64,000 nucleotides of DNA from Candidatus Nomurabacteria bacterium (GTDB taxonomy: Bacteria; Patescibacteriota; Minisyncoccia; Phycocordibacterales; SBAW01): contig CALQYT010000003.1 of the NCBI GenBank assembly GCA_943348815.1, forward strand, positions 4,679-68,678. Direction: 5' to 3'. The notes beneath the pieces were generated by a model. The model searched no databases and had not been told where the DNA came from. It was given only the letters and a program-made list of their open reading frames with translations. How positions within the stretch are numbered: the first letter of the stretch is position 1; each line of letters starts with the position of its first letter. Shown in pieces: positions 58,696 through 64,000 of the stretch. Both the position numbers and the translations under genes were made by a program.

Positions 58696-59837
58696 AGATT
58701 TTGTTTATACCGATCGGGAACACTGGTGCATACCTCTCGCAAACCCACGCTACCATAAAACTGTTTTGTCGCTGAGAGAAGCGTGCTATAGCAGGCGGGT
58801 AGCAGGCTCGCTTGTATATCGGGCGAGCCGCACAGCAGCAGCATGTCGGTATACTCCGCCCCGGGAGTGCCAAACTCTTGTATACCTACAACTACTCCCG
58901 TGATACAAGCATCGGCATCATGGGTAAGAGCGCTGCAGACACCCGAAACTTCTTTCGGTGAGACGATCATTTTTCTACCGCGCGCAGTACTGAAGTACGT
59001 CCCCGCAACACCGCGCACCGCCAACTCTCGATAGTGCGGGTCGGAAATCTCTTCGGTAAATGCTATCGCCTTGCCGAAGTGGTAGTTGGCCGCAAAAGTG
59101 GCGAGCGTATTCATTTGATCGTAACAGGCATCTTTTTCGGTCGTAGTAAAGTTTGGCGAACCACAGAGACTAAAGGGCTCTCCACCTATAGTGAGCTGGT
59201 ACTTAGCATCGCGATACATAAGCGCAACTGCATTAAACACACCCGAGGCGCAGCGGTAGGCGTGGTCTGTGTTCCCACCTGCGACTTCTTTGCATAAAGC
59301 GAGCCCAGGTGCGGCAATCTTTTGCGCGTCGCCCCACACTCTAGGGTCGGTGCCATCGGTCACTCCATGTCCAACACCGTGATAACAGGCGCCCTCAGCG
59401 TAGCCTGGTGGGTTTGGCACGACCGTACCTGCGTAGCTACAAAATGCGCGCGCCTCGTCAAAATTATTATTTTCATAGATAAGCTCCTCCATAAACCCGT
59501 GATAAAAGCCGTACCCGCAATAGCTTGTTTTATCACTGAGTTCTACCCTGCCGGTGGCATGAAATTCTTTATACGCCTCTTTGCCAAGTTCGTGCGTCTC
59601 GGCGTGACACGTTGCCAAATAACCCGGGTCGGCGTTGTACGCCTCGGCGAGCAGATCGAATGCCGCGCTGAGCCCATGGGTTTTTAGTGTTGCGTCGATG
59701 GCTTTGTTGTAACAATTGTTCTTGTCTTGTACGTCTTGTTGGCATACCAAAAGTGGGTCGGCACGCATGTGCCACGCATACACGGCTCCTCCAACCACCA
59801 AAATACACCCTGCCGTAATAAAAATTATTTTTTGCAC
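58686..59837 (-). CDS. Secreted His/Cys-rich repeat protein (paralogue 4)
   Basis: CHAETHELG, CGYGFYHG, CYHGVGHG, CASGVFN. Confidence 0.87.
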   Translation of the reverse strand: MQKIIFITAGCILVVGGAVYAWHMRADPLLVCQQDVQDKNNCYNKAIDATLKTHGLSAAFDLLAEAYNADPGYLATCHAETHELGKEAYKEFHATGRVELSDKTSYCGYGFYHGFMEELIYENNNFDEARAFCSYAGTVVPNPPGYAEGACYHGVGHGVTDGTDPRVWGDAQKIAAPGLALCKEVAGGNTDHAYRCASGVFNAVALMYRDAKYQLTIGGEPFSLCGSPNFTTTEKDACYDQMNTLATFAANYHFGKAIAFTEEISDPHYRELAVRGVAGTYFSTARGRKMIVSPKEVSGVCSALTHDADACITGVVVGIQEFGTPGAEYTDMLLLCGSPDIQASLLPACYSTLLSATKQFYGSVGLREVCTSVPDRYKQNLCV

Positions 59838-61015
59838 GTCGGTTGATAGTAAGCGGGCAAAAGAACGCAGACCTCTGTGCGCCCAGGCAGATATTGCGCG
59901 ATCGCATGGGTGAGCTCATCCCAACAGGCACTTTGTGAGCCAGTCGGCGCGTCGGTACAAAAACGTACCGATGCCTGCGGATTGTTTTCTCCGCCCCAAA
60001 ATACCGATTGCAATGCTTCGCGGACGCACGCCTCTTGGCCCTCGTGAGTTTGTGCGAGCGTGCACCACTGTGCCGCCCGTGTGTATTCCTCGTCACCGAA
60101 CTGGTCGACGTGCCGTATATCCCGTGCGCCTGCGATCGTCACGAACTCCTTACCAAAACCGCCATAGCACGCGCGGCGTAATTCCGGGCGCCCTGCAGGC
60201 ACTGCATCGCAAAATCCAAATGCTTTAGGGAACGTGGCTGGATCGGGCGACGTAAGTTCTGCACCCGCTTGGGCAAAGAGCTCGGGCGTCAAATACTCAA
60301 AACAAAATGTTTTTGCACTATCGGGGATCAAGGACCCCAAACAGAGCGCCGTCGGATCGTGCGGGTTAAGATACTTTTCTCGCGCAACGACCCACGCACC
60401 GTGGTCGTGCCCGCCGCCGCCCATGAGTTCCATCACTGCGCCGCCGACGCACTGTGTATATTGTTCGTCGTTGTATTGTGACGTCCCCATGCGCTTGCAA
60501 AAAGAGACCGTCTTTTGTAAGTCGTATCCGAAGTATGCAAACACTCCGTGTCCTAAACCGTGGTAACACATGGTGTACGCACCCAAACCGCCGGGGGCCT
60601 GGCGACAAGCATCGTCTATTTTTTTGAGCGTTGCGTCGCTCGTACCAAATTCGTTGAGTGCGCCTATCACCACCGCGTGTGAGCAGGCGTTACGGAAATC
60701 TTGCGTGCAGTAGGCTATCCCGCCCATACCCTGCTGTTTGTACAACTCATCCCCCACGGCGTGGCCGAGCAAGTGCAAGTCGGTATTAGACGGGAGGTTG
60801 GCGATTTTCAAAACAGCAAAAGCATATACGGCGCCCTTGTCCTTAGCGAGGGCAACAAAACGATCCGATAACTCTTTAAAGCTTTCAACATTCTTACCTA
60901 TACTCTGTGCCTCGGCATACGGCAGCGGATGCGAGCGCCCCAAAAGCATCAACACACCAACCGTAAGCACCGCGGCGGCTATAAGAATTTTTTTTATCCG
61001 CGGCGTCTCAACCAC
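59825..61015 (-). CDS. Secreted His/Cys-rich repeat protein (paralogue 5)
   Basis: LHLLGHAVG, ACSHA, CYHGLGHG, CVGGAVME. Confidence 0.87.
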   Translation of the reverse strand: MVETPRIKKILIAAAVLTVGVLMLLGRSHPLPYAEAQSIGKNVESFKELSDRFVALAKDKGAVYAFAVLKIANLPSNTDLHLLGHAVGDELYKQQGMGGIAYCTQDFRNACSHAVVIGALNEFGTSDATLKKIDDACRQAPGGLGAYTMCYHGLGHGVFAYFGYDLQKTVSFCKRMGTSQYNDEQYTQCVGGAVMELMGGGGHDHGAWVVAREKYLNPHDPTALCLGSLIPDSAKTFCFEYLTPELFAQAGAELTSPDPATFPKAFGFCDAVPAGRPELRRACYGGFGKEFVTIAGARDIRHVDQFGDEEYTRAAQWCTLAQTHEGQEACVREALQSVFWGGENNPQASVRFCTDAPTGSQSACWDELTHAIAQYLPGRTEVCVLLPAYYQPTCKK

Positions 61016-61749
61016 ACTATCAACAATACCGCAGCTCCAAGAACTACGACAGAGGGGAGCGGATTACCGACCATCGGTCGCGCTCCTCCAAAGAGATATT
61101 CTCCCTTGTTAGCAAGCTGCGTAGGCCCTTTTTCAACCTCAGGGATAACCGGGTTAGCAAGAATGTAGGGATCATGTCGGTTCCCTGTTAGTTGCCAGGA
61201 GACTTTACCTCCAGCCACCCCACCTCCGATCGTAAATTGGTTATTTTTCTCTTCCTTTTTTATATAGAGGTTCGGCATGGTGGCCCCCACTGGTTTTAGC
61301 TGGTAGCGAGCATCTCGGTTAAGTAAATCCCAATAGGCGGGGAGTATAACCACCGCCTCGCCTTTGGTGTCCAGTGTGGCGATCCCGTCGTAGAGATTTT
61401 TTGAATCAGGCGACTCAACAAACGAGTGGTAGAGGAGTTTGTTAGCCGCATCGATGGGGTCGTCGATCACAAACGAGCCGGAGCCTTTAGAGAGGTTACC
61501 AACACTGAGAGCCGATGCACCGCTTTGAGCTACTTGAACATTTTTAGTAAAGGTTTTTTGGTACAGGCCTTGATAATACGATTGGTAGTAAGACTGATAA
61601 TACGATTGGTAGTAAGACTGATAATACGATTCGTAGTAGGACTGATAATACGATTCCCCGTACGTTGCAAGTGCGAAGAAAGGTTGTGTTAAGAAGGTTG
61701 CGCCAAAAAGAAAAGTAACAAGAAGGGCGAAGGTGGTCTTTATTTGCAT
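60994..61749 (-). CDS. Secreted protein: (YYQS)n repeat + fibre C-terminal-type domain + C-terminal TM/RRR
   Basis: SFVIDDP.D..NKLLYHSFVESP..KNLYDG...VSWQLTGNRHDP; ends VVVLGAAVLLIVWLRRRG. Confidence 0.85.
   Translation of the reverse strand: MQIKTTFALLVTFLFGATFLTQPFFALATYGESYYQSYYESYYQSYYQSYYQSYYQSYYQGLYQKTFTKNVQVAQSGASALSVGNLSKGSGSFVIDDPIDAANKLLYHSFVESPDSKNLYDGIATLDTKGEAVVILPAYWDLLNRDARYQLKPVGATMPNLYIKKEEKNNQFTIGGGVAGGKVSWQLTGNRHDPYILANPVIPEVEKGPTQLANKGEYLFGGARPMVGNPLPSVVVLGAAVLLIVWLRRRG
61571..61655. repeat. Tandem repeat (24-bp unit, about 3.5 copies) encoding YYQS/YYES
   Basis: TGATAATACGATTGGTAGTAAGAC repeated. Confidence 0.92.
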
Positions 61750-62288
61750 AGTGGTTCAAAAATACACTCACCTTTAGGTACCGACTGCGTTGGGCCCTTT
61801 TCCACCTCGACCGGTTGCGGATGGGCCAGAATGTATGGGTCGTGGCGCGTACCAGTAACTTGCCAGGACACGGTGCCGCCAGGAGCGCCTCCTCCAATAC
61901 TAAACTGGTTATTCTTTTCCTCCTGCTTGATATAGAGGTTGGGCATGGGCTGCTCTAATGCAAAAAATTGATAACGCGCATCTTTGTTTAGAGCATCCCA
62001 ATACGCCGGCAGCACGATAGTCACTTCCCCTTTAGAATCGAGCGTTGCAGTACCGTCATACAAGTTTTCAGGAGCATTAGACTCTACGAAGGAGTGATAC
62101 AAGATTTTGTTAGCGGGATCGAGCGGGTGATCGATAGCAAAAGTGCCGGAGGTTTTGGTGAGGGTACCCACGACCGTGAGATTACCTTTTATCTTAACGC
62201 TCCCCGTCACATTGATCGTCGCCGCAAGACCTACCAACGGCAAACACAACAAAAACAGCACGATGCTTTGGTAGAGTTTATTTCGCAT
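61740..62288 (-). CDS. Secreted stand-alone fibre C-terminal-type domain (paralogue)
   Basis: Signal peptide; GNLTVVGTLTKTSGTFAIDHPLDPANKILYHSFVES..NLYDG...VSWQVTGTRHDP. Confidence 0.85.
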   Translation of the reverse strand: MRNKLYQSIVLFLLCLPLVGLAATINVTGSVKIKGNLTVVGTLTKTSGTFAIDHPLDPANKILYHSFVESNAPENLYDGTATLDSKGEVTIVLPAYWDALNKDARYQFFALEQPMPNLYIKQEEKNNQFSIGGGAPGGTVSWQVTGTRHDPYILAHPQPVEVEKGPTQSVPKGECIFEPLCK

Positions 62289-62895
62289 AGAGATCGGGGA
62301 AGAGATAATCGCCCTGTTGGACAAGGGTATCCGGACCTTTCTTGACCTCAGGCACTATCGGGTTGGCAAGAATAAATGGATCATGCCGAATACCGGTTAC
62401 TTGCCAAGAAATCTTGCCGCCCGGTGCGCCGCCGGCAATTTTGAGTACCGGCGAGCCAAATAGGCCGAAGAACTTTCTACCCACTTCGGAAGTAAGGTGC
62501 AAATTCGGCATCGGTTGTCCTATCGGCGTTGCAAGGTAGCGAAAGTCTTTATTGAGCGCGAGGAAATATTCTGGCAGTTCGATAGTGACTTCTCCGTTGT
62601 TATTGAGTGTTTCGAGACCATCATAAATATTTTTAACCTCTGGCGACTCAACATTGAAGTGATAAAGCAACTTGTTTTTTGGATCAAGTGGATCGTCGAT
62701 GACGAAGCTTTTAGCGCCGGCAGTGACCGACCCCGTGACATTGGTGGAGGTACCCAAAAAGCTTGTACTGTAGCTTAGTGTAATGACGTTGTGACTAAAA
62801 TCGGCCTGTGCATCACAGGGGAGCGATCCGGCGGCAAAAGCACACGCCGTCATTACGAACACCGACCAAAAGATACGCGGGTGAGACATCTTCAT
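62278..62895 (-). CDS. Secreted stand-alone fibre C-terminal-type domain (paralogue)
   Basis: Signal peptide; KSFVIDDPLDPKNKLLYHFNVESPEVKNIYDG...ISWQVTGIRHDP. Confidence 0.85.
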   Translation of the reverse strand: MKMSHPRIFWSVFVMTACAFAAGSLPCDAQADFSHNVITLSYSTSFLGTSTNVTGSVTAGAKSFVIDDPLDPKNKLLYHFNVESPEVKNIYDGLETLNNNGEVTIELPEYFLALNKDFRYLATPIGQPMPNLHLTSEVGRKFFGLFGSPVLKIAGGAPGGKISWQVTGIRHDPFILANPIVPEVKKGPDTLVQQGDYLFPDLYAK

Positions 62896-62902
62896 CTCTT
62901 CT

Positions 62903-62910
62903 AGTATACT
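62903..62910. promoter_or_regulatory. Palindromic AGTATACT: candidate shared -10 element for two divergent genes
   Basis: TATACT on each strand, 7 nt and 10 nt before the respective ATGs (62895 minus, 62921 plus). Confidence 0.55.
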
Positions 62911-62920
62911 GTACGACCAT

Positions 62921-63394
62921 ATGGAACAAAAAAGCTTGTGGACTGTTGGGGGGATCCTCCTGTGCGCCGCGGTGGGAGGCATCCTCATTTGGCACCACCT
63001 TTCACAATCTCCTTCCTATACTCCACCCGCACAAGAACCGCCAGGCAAGGGAGTTGTTGGTAACGTAAAGTTAAATAAAGACTCGTACGACACGCTGATC
63101 ACTTACACCGATAGCGGATTTACGCCGAGCGATATCACTATTGCACAAGGCACCCGCGTGCGGTTCTTAAATAACTCTGCGCAAGAAATTTGGCCTGCTT
63201 CGGGTATCCACCCAACCCACACGCTGTATCCCGAAAAAGAAAGTGGCGATTGTTTAGGTAGCTCGTTCGACTCCTGCACCACGCTAGCCAAAGGTGAGTT
63301 TTATGACTTCACCTTCTACTACGTAGGCGCGTGGCCGTACCACGACCACTTGCACGCCTACCAAACCGGCACCATAACGGTTACGGCGAAATAG
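62921..63394 (+). CDS. Membrane-anchored cupredoxin-fold protein
   Basis: GFTPSDITIAQGTRVRFLN..HPTH..YDFTF..GAWPYHDHL..GTITV. Confidence 0.85.
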   Translation: MEQKSLWTVGGILLCAAVGGILIWHHLSQSPSYTPPAQEPPGKGVVGNVKLNKDSYDTLITYTDSGFTPSDITIAQGTRVRFLNNSAQEIWPASGIHPTHTLYPEKESGDCLGSSFDSCTTLAKGEFYDFTFYYVGAWPYHDHLHAYQTGTITVTAK

Positions 63395-64000
63395 AAGCTT
63401 TAGCGTTTATTTCAAATCCTGGGTAACTCTTATCCTCTTGGTCGGGACGGAGGTTCGGCCACTTGGCGTTGTCGAAGCGAAGCGCCGAGAGCCGCATCGA
63501 AACCTCGCCCGGCTGGCTCGAAACAATTTTGAGCGTGTTATGCGCTGCGTCTTTTTCGTAATGTACACTGCCGTCGAATGCGGGAGTAAGCGCAACTACC
63601 AAGTCCTTCCAGTTGGTGCCAAAGTCGGTGATTTGGTAAAAGAGCCACACGTCGCTGCCCTTCTCGAGCGAGTTAAAGGAGATCGTGTATTCATACTTGC
63701 CGCTGGCGCCTTTTTGCGAAAGTTCGATGGTCTGCATTACTTCTTCGTGCACGCCAACCGCTGACTGGCCATACGTTGCGTACTTAATGCCATCGATGGT
63801 GTACACCGGGTCGATGGTGGCAACATCGAGTTTGCCCGCTATCTTGATGTCGCCGTAGAAGGTCGAGGTCGCTAAACCAAGCGTCGTCTGGCCGCGGGCG
63901 CCCACAAACAAGCGGTCATTGATTGCAAATTGTTGTGCGGGTGATGAAGTGCCGACGCCCACATAGCCGCTGCTTGCGCCCGTGCCACCAATGACCGAGA
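63381..64000 (-). CDS. C-terminal part of a large fibre-like surface protein (truncated by window edge)
   Basis: Frame stays open to the window end; GYVGVGTSSP repeat unit, ATSTFYG, VATIDPVYTIDG.KYATY terminal domain. Confidence 0.75.
   Translation of the reverse strand, partial: SVIGGTGASSGYVGVGTSSPAQQFAINDRLFVGARGQTTLGLATSTFYGDIKIAGKLDVATIDPVYTIDGIKYATYGQSAVGVHEEVMQTIELSQKGASGKYEYTISFNSLEKGSDVWLFYQITDFGTNWKDLVVALTPAFDGSVHYEKDAAHNTLKIVSSQPGEVSMRLSALRFDNAKWPNLRPDQEDKSYPGFEINAKASISP

Noticed and set aside
61571-61655. Possible CRISPR array
   Set aside because: Direct tandem units without unique spacers, inside a CDS; no cas genes.
1-64000. Genome-wide UGA=Gly recoding (code 25)
   Set aside because: Conserved genes (rnc, rnhB, pheS, prfA) end at TGA at the expected positions, several in ATGA overlaps; only one internal TGA was found.
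41050-64000. Prophage
   Set aside because: Phage-like fibre domains occur in signal-peptide/TM-bearing proteins; no capsid, terminase, portal or integrase genes.

Overview
Bacterial chromosome segment in genetic code 11. It is most consistent with a Patescibacteria/CPR (Parcubacteria-type) genome, inferred from streamlined PheS/PheT/RF1/EF-Ts/ThrRS/DnaE, split transketolase, pervasive leaderless-type starts and CPR-style surface proteins. 1-41 kb is mostly housekeeping (rnc, nusB-NUDIX fusion, rpmF, rnhB, dnaE, thrS, gyrB, pheST, tRNA-Thr, tsf, rpsB, prfA, rpmE, rplY, and a fba/pfkB/tkt/rpe/rpiB/gap sugar-phosphate cluster). Interspersed are a 1382-aa protein with a C-terminal GT9 domain, a sortase locus, a Zn-ribbon deaminase, a LAGLIDADG-like ORF whose C-terminus is encoded by the tRNA-Thr gene, and a REP-associated tyrosine transposase with dispersed palindromes, some inside coding sequence. 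41-64 kb is an accessory surface/secreted-protein island. It holds a 1883-aa nested fibre-like protein, five paralogous secreted His/Cys-rich proteins, three stand-alone fibre-C-terminal-domain paralogues and a cupredoxin-like protein. It also holds an operon in which a PaaK-like adenylating enzyme and a degenerate paralogue precede a 66-aa peptide ending in ...FVGCGGFF, the Cys-x-x-hydrophobic-hydrophobic-COOH pattern of thiolactone autoinducing peptides; this is my best candidate for an undescribed system. All family assignments are from motif recognition by eye; no searches were run.
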